Part shown: piece after piece, positions 30,300-39,613 of the stretch
Layout: each line of letters begins with the position of its first letter
How positions within the stretch are numbered: position 1 is the first letter of the stretch
Assembly: GCA_965205025.1 (NCBI GenBank)
Contig: CBDBFU010000030.1
Location: forward strand, 1-64,000
Length of the DNA stretch: 64,000 nt
DNA from: Candidatus Poribacteria bacterium
Lineage (GTDB): Bacteria > Poribacteria > WGA-4E > WGA-3G
Direction of reading: 5' to 3'
The notes under the pieces: model-generated
Database searches by the model: none
What the model was told of the DNA's origin: nothing
The model's input: the letters and a program-made list of their open reading frames with translations, nothing else
Translations under genes and position numbers: made by a program

Positions 30300-30968
30300 A
30301 TGGGTAAATACATAAAACATATCATTGATTTGGAAGGATTACCAGACTACAAGTATATTCAATTTCTACGAGTAGAGATTCTTAATATTCAAGGATTTAA
30401 TTCATCCTTCTTTGGAAGAGTGAGATATGCTCGTAACGGTATTGAACAAGATGAAGGTTTACCGATGGACCTCAGTAAAGGAATTTTCATTGCTACACTG
30501 AGAGATGACCAACTCAATGGAATCCCGCGTGATGAATTAGAAAAGACACTACAAGATGCCGCAGACGATATTACTAAAATCGTTCGATATAACTTACCTT
30601 TGGACAACCTCTATCACAACCACAATCACTGGGATGAGAACGAGAAACAGGTTGGTAAAGATATAGATAAAAAAACAATAGAGATTCTCAATAAGATACT
30701 TACAGAATATCCATATCTTACTTATGATGAGGATCATTCTGAACCTCCAGATATATTACGGTGTCGTGTAAAAAATGACTCTACTGATTCTCCTCGTCAT
30801 GCCAATGACATCTTCCAAATTGTAGAGAAGTTAAAAACAGAAACAGGACAACCCTATAGTATTGGAACCTACGGTGGATCATTTAATGGAGATGACGATT
30901 TAGATAAAGTATGGACCAGGTTTTCTCTAAGAAAATTCAATTTTGAAGATAAAGCAAAAAACAATTAA
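30300..30968 (+). CDS. Hypothetical protein, candidate partner of the ART-like gene
   Basis: 222-aa ORF 23 bp downstream, GGAG RBS; no recognisable family. Confidence 0.65.
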   Translation: MGKYIKHIIDLEGLPDYKYIQFLRVEILNIQGFNSSFFGRVRYARNGIEQDEGLPMDLSKGIFIATLRDDQLNGIPRDELEKTLQDAADDITKIVRYNLPLDNLYHNHNHWDENEKQVGKDIDKKTIEILNKILTEYPYLTYDEDHSEPPDILRCRVKNDSTDSPRHANDIFQIVEKLKTETGQPYSIGTYGGSFNGDDDLDKVWTRFSLRKFNFEDKAKNN

Positions 30969-30982
30969 AGGATATATCTGGA

Positions 30983-31864
30983 ATGCGATGGATCTGTAAC
31001 ACGATATCTATATTCCTGATTCTTGCATGCGGAGGAATTACGACTGCTGAATTAAGTCCATCCGCTAAAAAAACACTCGCCACTATCGAATGGATCAGTA
31101 TTCCTGCAGGTGAATTCGTTATGGGATCAACACCAGAGGAAGCAGAAGCCGCATATACTGATGCTAAATTAAGAAGTTCTCTCCTCGAAAGACATACCTT
31201 TGATGCTGAAGTTCCACGCCATACCGTCTATTTGTCAACATATCACATCTCAAAATACGAAATAACAAACGCACAATACCGCGCCTTCATAGAGGCAACA
31301 GCACGACCAACTCCCCGTGGACATGAAGGTGAAAAGACATGGAAAGATGATAAATTCAATGCAGATCAACAACCGGTTGTCGGTGTTACATGGTTCGACG
31401 CACAAGCCTTTGCAGAATGGATTGGTGCAAGTTTACCAACAGAGGCACAATGGGAACGCGCAGCGCGAGGGACAGAAAGACGGATATACCCCTGGGGGAA
31501 TGATACCCCTAAAGCGCGACACCATGCAAATTTTGCACGTCGTTTTAACCAACCAACTCCAGTTGGTCAATTCCCAAACGGTACATCCTCAAACGGTATA
31601 TATGATCTTGCTGGAAACGTTTGGGAATGGTGTCTTGATGAATATAACCCCACTTTCTACAAACTGAATGAGAAGGATGGTAAGAAAGATCCATTGAATC
31701 TCCGTTTTCGTGATGTTTTACGCGCGAGAGTAATTCGTGGAGGGGCATGGGATGTAGGTAGTGCGTTCCTACGGTCAGGTTTGCGGTTTAAATTCTATCC
31801 TCTCGACTCAACACATACGATTGGATTTCGCGTCGTCCGTCCAAGTCCAAAAATCAAAAAGTAA
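30983..31864 (+). CDS. Formylglycine-generating enzyme (FGE-sulfatase) domain protein
   Basis: IPAGEFVMGS, YEITNAQY, LPTEAQWERAARG, YPWG, DLAGNVWEW, RGGAW, IGFR. Confidence 0.92.
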   Translation: MRWICNTISIFLILACGGITTAELSPSAKKTLATIEWISIPAGEFVMGSTPEEAEAAYTDAKLRSSLLERHTFDAEVPRHTVYLSTYHISKYEITNAQYRAFIEATARPTPRGHEGEKTWKDDKFNADQQPVVGVTWFDAQAFAEWIGASLPTEAQWERAARGTERRIYPWGNDTPKARHHANFARRFNQPTPVGQFPNGTSSNGIYDLAGNVWEWCLDEYNPTFYKLNEKDGKKDPLNLRFRDVLRARVIRGGAWDVGSAFLRSGLRFKFYPLDSTHTIGFRVVRPSPKIKK

Positions 31865-31896
31865 TCTTCCAACCTTAATATCATACCTATACAGAC

Positions 31897-33537
31897 TTGA
31901 TGATACAAAAAACATATAACTTTTTCCTTATCCTTTTTCTTATTATATTCCCGCTAACAGTCTCTGCCGATCTGTATTTTCTGGACGTTACCAAGGAGAT
32001 GAATCTTGATTTCCATCATATAAATGGCTTTTCAGATGAACGTCGTCTTGTTGAAACAATGGGGAGTGGTGGTGCACTTTTTGATTATGACAATGATGAA
32101 GACCTGGACCTATACCTTGTCCAAGGCAATTCACTATCCTCTTCATTAGACAAAAACACTGAACCTAAGAACAGACTATATAGAAATGATAATGGAGTAT
32201 TTGTTGATATCACAACCACGGCAAAAGTAGGTGATACAGGATATGGTCTTGGTGCTGTTGCTGCCGATTATGATGGAGACGGTTATAGAGATTTATATGT
32301 GACAAATTTGGGAAGAAACATACTCTACAAGAATAATGGAAACAACACTTTTTCTGATGTTACTGAACACGCAGGAGTAGGATGTCCTTTACTAAGTGCC
32401 AGTGCTGCTTTTGCAGATATAGATAGGGACGGTGATCTTGATCTATACGTTTGTAACTATGTTGAATATTCCTTAGAAACAGATATACCGTGTTTTTACA
32501 AAAACGAATTGCGGATATATTGCGGTCCAAATGAATACCAAGGTATCGCTGATGTACTTTATCGTAATAACGGAGATGGCACATTTACTGACATTACAAA
32601 ATCCGCTGGAGTATTTGAATCAACAACCCGTGGACTTGGTGTTGTGTGCACAGATGTTAATAACGATGGCTGGATAGATATTTACGTGGCAAACGATATG
32701 TCACCAAATACACTTTTTATTAATCAGAAGGATGGAACATTTAATGAAGAGGGTATCCAAAGAGGGGTTGCATTCAACGGTGATGGAATTGCCAACGGGT
32801 CTATGGGAATTGACGCAGGAGACTATGATAATGACGGGGACATTGACTTATGGGTAACGAATTTCTCATTGGAAGCGAACTGCTTGATGCAGAACGATGG
32901 AACTGGATATTTCGATGATGTAACCTTTGATACAAAACTGGCTAATCCATCTTTCTATGCACTTGGATTTGGAACACGGTTTATAGATTTTGATAATGAC
33001 GGTTGGCTTGATATACTTGTTGGGAACGGACACATTTGGGATAACGTAGACCAAATTGACAACAAACTCAGTTATGCACAACCTGTGCAGTTGTTTCACA
33101 ATCAAAATGGCTTATTTACTGAGATAACCGAAAAAGCAGGATTAAATCAAGCCGCCTATGTCGTACGTGGTATGCTATATGGTGATATCGATAACGATGG
33201 GGATACGGATGTAATTCTCTGCCAATCAAATCGTCCAACTGTTATCCTCAGGAATGAAATTGGTCATAAGAATTCATGGTTATCAGTAAAGTTGGTTGGT
33301 TCTGATGGAAATATTGATGCAATTGGATCTCAAGTCAAGTTAAAAGTAGGGGATCAGAATATCCTTCGTGAGGTAATTTGTGGGGCAAGTTATCTTTCTG
33401 GTAACGATCCACGACTCTCATTCGGATTGGATAATAACGAAAGCGTAGACAATCTTGAAATCCGTTGGTCCAACGGTAAAGTCGAGTACTTTGGAATGTT
33501 CTCATCCCATCAATTAATTACTCTTCGACAACGTTGA
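31897..33537 (+). CDS. CRTAC1/ASPIC-UnbV family protein with FG-GAP repeats
   Basis: Multiple DxDxDGxxDL repeats, ETMGSG, C-terminal ASPIC-like SYLSG...FGL...IRW. Confidence 0.9.
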   Translation: MMIQKTYNFFLILFLIIFPLTVSADLYFLDVTKEMNLDFHHINGFSDERRLVETMGSGGALFDYDNDEDLDLYLVQGNSLSSSLDKNTEPKNRLYRNDNGVFVDITTTAKVGDTGYGLGAVAADYDGDGYRDLYVTNLGRNILYKNNGNNTFSDVTEHAGVGCPLLSASAAFADIDRDGDLDLYVCNYVEYSLETDIPCFYKNELRIYCGPNEYQGIADVLYRNNGDGTFTDITKSAGVFESTTRGLGVVCTDVNNDGWIDIYVANDMSPNTLFINQKDGTFNEEGIQRGVAFNGDGIANGSMGIDAGDYDNDGDIDLWVTNFSLEANCLMQNDGTGYFDDVTFDTKLANPSFYALGFGTRFIDFDNDGWLDILVGNGHIWDNVDQIDNKLSYAQPVQLFHNQNGLFTEITEKAGLNQAAYVVRGMLYGDIDNDGDTDVILCQSNRPTVILRNEIGHKNSWLSVKLVGSDGNIDAIGSQVKLKVGDQNILREVICGASYLSGNDPRLSFGLDNNESVDNLEIRWSNGKVEYFGMFSSHQLITLRQR

Positions 33538-33553
33538 CACTATATTACCTACA

Positions 33554-34200
33554 GGGGGTGTAAAGTTTTTGTCACTTGAAGAGCTTAACTTTGGGGTTGT
33601 AAAACTGTAGAAAAATGGTATCCTATCTAAATATTATCTATATTAAAAAAGAGAGGATACCGAGGTTTAGTTTATCATTAGAAGGTTGTGAAGTCAAAGA
33701 AATTGCAGAAGCTGCGAAAGTACTGGTTGAAGAAATGAACGATTTAATAGGAAACCTAAAACCGGGTTCTTGTGATTTGATGGAAGCGGAGCAGCGTGTA
33801 TATGAAGGTGTTCAATCCATTGCACAAAAGTTGTAGAGATGTTTGTGTATCAACAGGCCTCTACCAAGGAGTCGGAACCTGTTGCGTGTCCAGAGTGTGA
33901 TCAACCCTCTCATCGTTGGCGTAGAAGAGAACTACAGATTACGACGCTCTGTGGTGTCATCTGTGTTCGTCGTTGGGTGTATTGTTGTGCGTCGAAACAT
34001 TACCATCAACCGTGGGATATGAGACAGAAGTTGCGAGATAAATACACGCATCGTGTTGCTGAAACAATGTGTCGTTTGTCTGCGCGACATACCTTTCGTG
34101 AGGTGGCTGATGAGTAATCTCGTCAAGGGATAAAAGTGAGCCACACGACCTTGAATAAGAAAGTGCGTGAATGGACAAAAGATTTGCGTGCACACGAACA
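33554..34200 (+). mobile_element. Degraded, truncated IS (ISKra4/ISLre2-like transposase N-terminus)
   Basis: Possible left end gggggtgtaaagtttttgtca; CPEC...ITTLCG.I.VRRWVY.C...PWD; frameshift near 33836, stop at 34115-34117, then SRQGIKVSHTTL; no DDE domain or right end seen. Confidence 0.65.
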
Positions 34201-34224
34201 CAACGTGGTTAGGATATGGAATAC

Positions 34225-34253
34225 TTGACTAACAACAAGGCATCTGTTAAAAT
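34225..34253 (+). promoter_or_regulatory. Sigma70-type promoter of the acyl-CoA ligase gene
   Basis: TTGACT-N17-TAAAAT with extended TG, followed by AGGAGG RBS. Confidence 0.6.
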
Positions 34254-34271
34254 GCGGTAATAGGAGGGGAA

Positions 34272-36050
34272 TTGTATATGACACTAATATCTATGTTTGA
34301 CCTGTCAGTTCAGCAGTTTGGAGACAAACCCGCATTAGCACATAAGCCAAAAGGTGGCACTTATCAGGACATAACTTATACGGAATTCGGTAATTCTGTT
34401 GATGCTTTCAGTAGAGGATTAAATACCTTAGGAGTAGAAAAAGAGGATAGAATAGCAATCTTATCTGAGAATAGACCGGAATGGGCAATATCTGACTTTG
34501 GAATTCTCAAAGCGGGTGGAATCAATGTGCCGATGTTTTCAACATTAACCGCCGCACAAGTTGGCTATATACTTAACGACTCAGGTGCTAAATTAATCTG
34601 TGTATCCACTCAAAACCAGTTGGATAAAGTTCTTGAGATTCGGGATGGTGTAGAGACTCTTAAACAGATAATCATATATGATTCAAGTGAAGAGGAATTA
34701 CCTGAAGGTGTAATAGAATTTAATGAAGTATGTGAACATGGAAAAGAAGTTGATGAATTGAATATAGATGTGAATGAAGAAGACATAGCTACAATTATCT
34801 ATACCTCTGGGACGACTGGTTACCCAAAAGGTGTGATGCTTACACACATAAATTTCTTATCGAATTATAACGCCTGTAAAAGCCTTATTGATGTCAGTGA
34901 TTCTGATGTATTGTTATCTTTCCTACCGTTATCACACGTTTTTGAACGGCTTGGTGGCCATTATGTACCGATATTCTCTGGTGCGAAAATTGCGTATGCA
35001 GAAAGTACGTTTACAGTCGCACAAAATATGCAGGATGTATCTCCAACCGTAATGCTTAGTGTACCTCGCTTATATGAAACGATGCATGATAGAGTGTTAC
35101 GAGCGGTAGAAGCCGGATCACCCCTGAAACAGAAGATTTTCCAGTGGGGAGTATCGGTTGGCTCTACTGTGAGTTCAGCAATTCAGCAAGGAAAGAAACC
35201 ATCTGTAATGCTACAATTGAAACAGAGTATTGCGGATAAATTGGTGTTCGCAAAGTTAAAAACTGCTACGGGGGGTAGACTAAGGTTTTTTGTTTCTGGT
35301 GGTGCCGCATTACCGCAGTCAATTGCTGAGTTTTTCCATGCAGCAGGAATCCTGATTTTAGAAGGATATGGTTTAACGGAAACATCACCTGTGATTAGTA
35401 TGAATTATCCAGATAAGTGGAAATTCGGTACTGTCGGAGCACCCGTTCCTGGGATAGAAGTTCACATTGCTGAAGACGGTGAGATATTAACACGTGGCCC
35501 CCATGTGATGAAGGGATATTTCAACAATGAACAAGCCACGACTGAGGTCATTGATCAGGATGGATGGTTTTATACTGGGGACATCGGTATGATTGATGAA
35601 GGGGGTTTTATTAAAATTACTGATAGAAAGAAAAACATCATCGTACTATCCAACGGTAAGAATGTTGCACCACAACCATTAGAAAGTCAGTTGGTCCAAA
35701 GTCCATATATTGATCAGATAATGTTGGTCGGTAATGAACGGAAGAATGTCGCTGCCTTGATTGTCCCGAATTTCGATGCAGTAAAGACTTGGGCAGGTGA
35801 GAATGGTGTTGATACATCTGATATTCCAGAAATGCTCAAGACACGTGAGGTACAGCAACTTATTCAACAAGAAATACGTGATCGTTTATCAGATTTCGCT
35901 GACTTTGAACAGGTTAGACGGTTTGTTCTGCTTGAAAAAGAATTCTCACAGGAAGAAGATGAGATGACACCAACATTGAAGTTAAAACGGAATATTATTA
36001 TGGAGAAGTATAGAAATGTTATAGAGGGAATGTATCCAGAGGAAGCGTAA
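34272..36050 (+). CDS. fadD: Long-chain fatty acid--CoA ligase
   Basis: YTSGTTGYPKG, LSFLPLSH.FER, EGYGLTET, TGDIG, DRKK, GKN.AP, TPTLK.KR. Confidence 0.9.
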   Translation: MYMTLISMFDLSVQQFGDKPALAHKPKGGTYQDITYTEFGNSVDAFSRGLNTLGVEKEDRIAILSENRPEWAISDFGILKAGGINVPMFSTLTAAQVGYILNDSGAKLICVSTQNQLDKVLEIRDGVETLKQIIIYDSSEEELPEGVIEFNEVCEHGKEVDELNIDVNEEDIATIIYTSGTTGYPKGVMLTHINFLSNYNACKSLIDVSDSDVLLSFLPLSHVFERLGGHYVPIFSGAKIAYAESTFTVAQNMQDVSPTVMLSVPRLYETMHDRVLRAVEAGSPLKQKIFQWGVSVGSTVSSAIQQGKKPSVMLQLKQSIADKLVFAKLKTATGGRLRFFVSGGAALPQSIAEFFHAAGILILEGYGLTETSPVISMNYPDKWKFGTVGAPVPGIEVHIAEDGEILTRGPHVMKGYFNNEQATTEVIDQDGWFYTGDIGMIDEGGFIKITDRKKNIIVLSNGKNVAPQPLESQLVQSPYIDQIMLVGNERKNVAALIVPNFDAVKTWAGENGVDTSDIPEMLKTREVQQLIQQEIRDRLSDFADFEQVRRFVLLEKEFSQEEDEMTPTLKLKRNIIMEKYRNVIEGMYPEEA

Positions 36051-36323
36051 GATCTTAATTCAACAATCGTATTTTGAAATTATCGTCATCTGTGAGTTGC
36101 AATGAATACTGACACATCGCCAAACCTGCTAATCCGACAAACGTGCCAGTATATTTTTTGTTTCTCTGGAGATATAAATGCGTGTAAAATTTACATGCGA
36201 TATTTATGGATACTACATACTCCTATGATAAAGTATCAAGGTTTTCCATGATAAAGCAGGATTCTTTGCTAAGCACGTGGTAAAGGTGTTGATTGTATCT
36301 AATACCAAGAAGTAGACAATCCA

Positions 36324-37337
36324 TTAGTTGGATTCCCACAAGTAGTTTATGTTGAATTTTGCTGTGCCTTCAATACCAGTTATTCCACTCATTTGAATTC
36401 TTAGGTCTAAGAGTTCTGCTGACTCCGTTGGATAGAAAAACTGAATCCCTCTTTCGTTCTCAGGGGTGGTGAAATATGCAAAACCTGTTATGTCAGCATC
36501 GGTTAGTAGGGATCCATTTATGGTAACCGTTACCTGACTTTCACTCAGTTTTGTGGGTGTACCGAGAATTGTTCCCTTTGGATAGTATACCCAGATTATC
36601 CATCCGTGTCCATCGTTAGGTTCGGTGTCACGATTTGGATTGGGATCACGATTTGGGTTAGGGTCACGATTTGGATTGGGATCACGATTTGGGTTAGGGT
36701 CACCAGTTGGATTAGGGTTACGATTTGGGTTAGGGTCACCAGTTGGATTGGGATCACGATTTGGATTGTCGTTGTCGTCCGGACCATCTCCATTTGGTCT
36801 ACCATCTCCGTTTGGTCTGTTATTACTTCCTGGGTTGTTTTCATCGTCCGAACCATCACCATCACCATCGTCCGAACCATCTCCATGATCGCCATCACCA
36901 TCGTCCGAACCATCTCCATGATCGCCATCACCATCATCCCCTATGTCAGGTATCCATTTATCCCTAATATCTGTTGTATCTCCTACTCTTTCCACTTCCG
37001 CAATAGTTCTGCCTTCATGATAGAACACATAGAGGAGTTTTTCTGGATAGATGTGGATGATTGGTCCATTTGCGTCTACTCCAACACCTGTTAGTGGGAT
37101 AAGATTTCGGCAAGTGGAATCCCAGTCGTTGTAAATGCATAATGCACCTCCTGTGGTTGTAATTAAATACTCATCTATATCGTCAGGTGTTAACATCGGG
37201 TTTATGTATGTAGTGATTGATCCTGTGGGAGTAGGGTCTGAACAACCTACTATATTGAAAAGGATGAACAGCATACAAGTGATTAATCCGAATGGTAACA
37301 GAGCGGTCTTCGTCATTGTTTTATACCTCGCACTCAT
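36324..37337 (-). CDS. Lipoprotein with D/G-rich and PN-rich repeat linker
   Basis: Lipobox IVGC; GDGDHGDGSDD and RDPNPN repeats; paralogous to 37355-38065. Confidence 0.75.
   Translation of the reverse strand: MSARYKTMTKTALLPFGLITCMLFILFNIVGCSDPTPTGSITTYINPMLTPDDIDEYLITTTGGALCIYNDWDSTCRNLIPLTGVGVDANGPIIHIYPEKLLYVFYHEGRTIAEVERVGDTTDIRDKWIPDIGDDGDGDHGDGSDDGDGDHGDGSDDGDGDGSDDENNPGSNNRPNGDGRPNGDGPDDNDNPNRDPNPTGDPNPNRNPNPTGDPNPNRDPNPNRDPNPNRDPNPNRDTEPNDGHGWIIWVYYPKGTILGTPTKLSESQVTVTINGSLLTDADITGFAYFTTPENERGIQFFYPTESAELLDLRIQMSGITGIEGTAKFNINYLWESN
36628..36771. repeat. 18-bp tandem repeat x8 (encodes PNRDPN/PTGDPN)
   Basis: tcacgatttggattggga / tcacgatttgggttaggg variants. Confidence 0.9.
36843..36936. 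repeat. 33-bp-period repeat (encodes DGDGDHGDGSD)
   Basis: catcgtccgaaccatctccatgatcgccatcac duplicated, plus partial copies. Confidence 0.85.
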
Positions 37338-37354
37338 TGTTTTCGCGGCGGTTA

Positions 37355-38065
37355 CTATTTTATCAGGAGGATATTAGTGTTCTGATCAGATGTTGTACTA
37401 TTTGCACTGATGTGGAATGTTGCTGTCTTATTGGGAATTGCGCCTATGAGTTGTATTGTAATCTCCGCAGCCTTTGTTTCAACAGCGAATTGGACACCAT
37501 CTTCAAGCTGTGTTTCGTTGCGTATCTCAAGGTCATCTGCTCTGTTCCTACCAATGCTTAATCCTTCTACAACTCTGGCATTCATTGGGGCAGTGGAGTA
37601 TATCTTTATAGTCCAGCCTACAGGTATAGATGTTGTATCACGGTCATTTAGATTATTACCGTTTGCAGGTAAATTAACCCTGCCTGCGTCTTCTAATTCA
37701 CGGACAAGTGCATCTGTGTTCATGGATCGTCTTGCGCGTAAAATAGGTTTCCCTTGATATTCGAACACAAAAGCGACGTTTGTCGGATGAACGTGGACAG
37801 TTGGGGTAAAGCCTATGTCTGTCAAATCGACTTCAATGTTTTCTGGGAATAATTTTACGCAAACAGTATCAAACCCATCTTGAAGACAGATTGTATCTTG
37901 TTTAATTGTGTCAAGATAACTATCTACACTGTCAACGGAGAGGATCGGACCTGTATAAGGTATTTCGGAACACCCTATTACGCTCATAAGCATAATTAGA
38001 GTGCAACCGATTAAACTAAAGGTTAAACTTCCATTTTTCTTGATTATATCGAATCGCGTTTTCAT
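37355..38065 (-). CDS. Lipoprotein, paralog of the downstream gene
   Basis: GGAGG RBS; lipobox VIGC; shared C-x8-C and P..H..P...F...G..I block. Confidence 0.75.
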   Translation of the reverse strand: MKTRFDIIKKNGSLTFSLIGCTLIMLMSVIGCSEIPYTGPILSVDSVDSYLDTIKQDTICLQDGFDTVCVKLFPENIEVDLTDIGFTPTVHVHPTNVAFVFEYQGKPILRARRSMNTDALVRELEDAGRVNLPANGNNLNDRDTTSIPVGWTIKIYSTAPMNARVVEGLSIGRNRADDLEIRNETQLEDGVQFAVETKAAEITIQLIGAIPNKTATFHISANSTTSDQNTNILLIK

Positions 38066-38475
38066 TGTTCCTCCGTTCGATTAATGGTCTGTCTGTTTGT
38101 GGCATTAAAATTCGTGAACACGCATATTTTCACACGCTAAATGTTCAGAAATGTTATCAATGTAACCGACTCTGTGAAGAAGTGAAATACTCATTTATAC
38201 AGGGAAAATGGTAACTAACATAGCATTTGTGAGAACATACCTGGCACCGATTTCGTCTGTTGATTCGGTTCTTTTTATCAGCACTATCGCGCACCTATGA
38301 ACGTGAGTAATCATCTTTTGTTACAATGCCCCGTTGAGATTTTAACGACGCTTGCGAATAATAGGTTTCACAGGAGAATCTGTAGAGACTTACTTTAAAT
38401 CACATTCCTTTCTGTAGTAGTATCAGTTTTGAATACATTTGCTTTGTTCATTTCTGTTACTTTCCATGTTAAAAC

Positions 38476-38513
38476 AAAAAAACACGTAAGGTCAATGTGC
38501 TATCCTTACGCGC
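38476..38513 (-). terminator. Intrinsic terminator or attenuator hairpin
   Basis: Minus strand gcgcgtaagg-N12-ccttacgtgt followed by a T tract. Confidence 0.6.
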
Positions 38514-38662
38514 CTCTATGTTTCACAAAGTTTGTAGTTTGTCAGAGTGACTCACAATGCTATCAACGATTTCAACCTTGTAATCACCTATAACTACACC
38601 TCATCTCAACATACTCATAGATTTCATTATGATAACAATAGCTTAAATATAAAGGATTTTAT

Positions 38663-39559
38663 TTAAGAAGGAACAAGAATCGTGAGTCCATGTTTGATAA
38701 TCTCAATAGTGGCAGGAGTCTTACACATAGGTTCACCATCCGCATAGATCATTATCGGTGGATCGGTCTCAATCTTCATACTTCGTGTTTGCTGTATATC
38801 AACTGCAGGATGATTTACGTGTCCACCCCAGAAGAGCGTAGCCATAAGTCGGAGTACAGTGAATTTCGAAACAGGACGAATCACACAGACATCAAATAAT
38901 CCATCATCATGCACTGCATTTGGAACAATCTGAAATCCTCCCCCATAGCTTTTCGTGCTGCCAGTTGCTGCAAGCAAGAGTGGACCTTCATACCTACCAA
39001 AATCTGCTTCAATTCGGACAAATGGATATTCATAGTAAAACAATGTTACAATTGCCGCATAAATATAAGAAGCAGTCCCTGAAAATGGCGTTGAACGTTC
39101 TGATCCACGTCTGCTTACCTCTGTGTCATAACCACATGTTGCGATTGTAGAGAAATAGTGTTCACTACCCTCATTAGAACGGACATAACCTAAGTCAATA
39201 CTCTTCTTTTTTCCTCTGAATAAGGTATCAATTGCTTGTTCTGGTTTTCGAGGTATACCGACAGCTGTAGCTAAATCATTCCCACGACCGGATGGAATTA
39301 AACCCAAAGTGACCTCTGGGGTATTTGCAATACCATTGATCGCTTCGTGAAGTGTTCCGTCCCCACCACAGACGATTACCCACTTTATTCCGTTTGAGAC
39401 TGCTTCCTGAGCAAACTGTCTCGCATCTCCAGATCCTGTTGTAAGTCTAATCTCACCTTTAAACTCTTTTTTTGTTAGGACAGCATGTGCTTGTTCCGCA
39501 ACAGTTTTTGCTTTACCTTTCCCGGATATAGGATTTGCAATGAGAATAAAATCGTCCAT
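38663..39559 (-). CDS. Diacylglycerol kinase family (YegS/BmrU-like) lipid kinase
   Basis: ANPISG, GGDGT..E..NG, PSGRGND, YGGG, DDGLFD, ADGE. Confidence 0.92.
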   Translation of the reverse strand: MDDFILIANPISGKGKAKTVAEQAHAVLTKKEFKGEIRLTTGSGDARQFAQEAVSNGIKWVIVCGGDGTLHEAINGIANTPEVTLGLIPSGRGNDLATAVGIPRKPEQAIDTLFRGKKKSIDLGYVRSNEGSEHYFSTIATCGYDTEVSRRGSERSTPFSGTASYIYAAIVTLFYYEYPFVRIEADFGRYEGPLLLAATGSTKSYGGGFQIVPNAVHDDGLFDVCVIRPVSKFTVLRLMATLFWGGHVNHPAVDIQQTRSMKIETDPPIMIYADGEPMCKTPATIEIIKHGLTILVPS

Positions 39560-39613
39560 AATTTGTTATAGTCTATGGAAGGTTATTGAAAATGCCTTTC
39601 TTGAAACATGAGA

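Noticed and set aside
36628-36771. Repeat array as CRISPR
   Set aside because: Contiguous 18-bp units without unique spacers, in frame within a CDS.
36596-37094. Several overlapping repetitive ORFs on both strands
   Set aside because: They are shadow frames of the lipoprotein's coding tandem repeats.
38500-38560. c-di-GMP-I riboswitch-like fragment (caaac...gaaa...ggcgc, minus strand)
   Set aside because: Only a partial resemblance; the second stem and GCAAA context were not found. An Rfam search would be needed.
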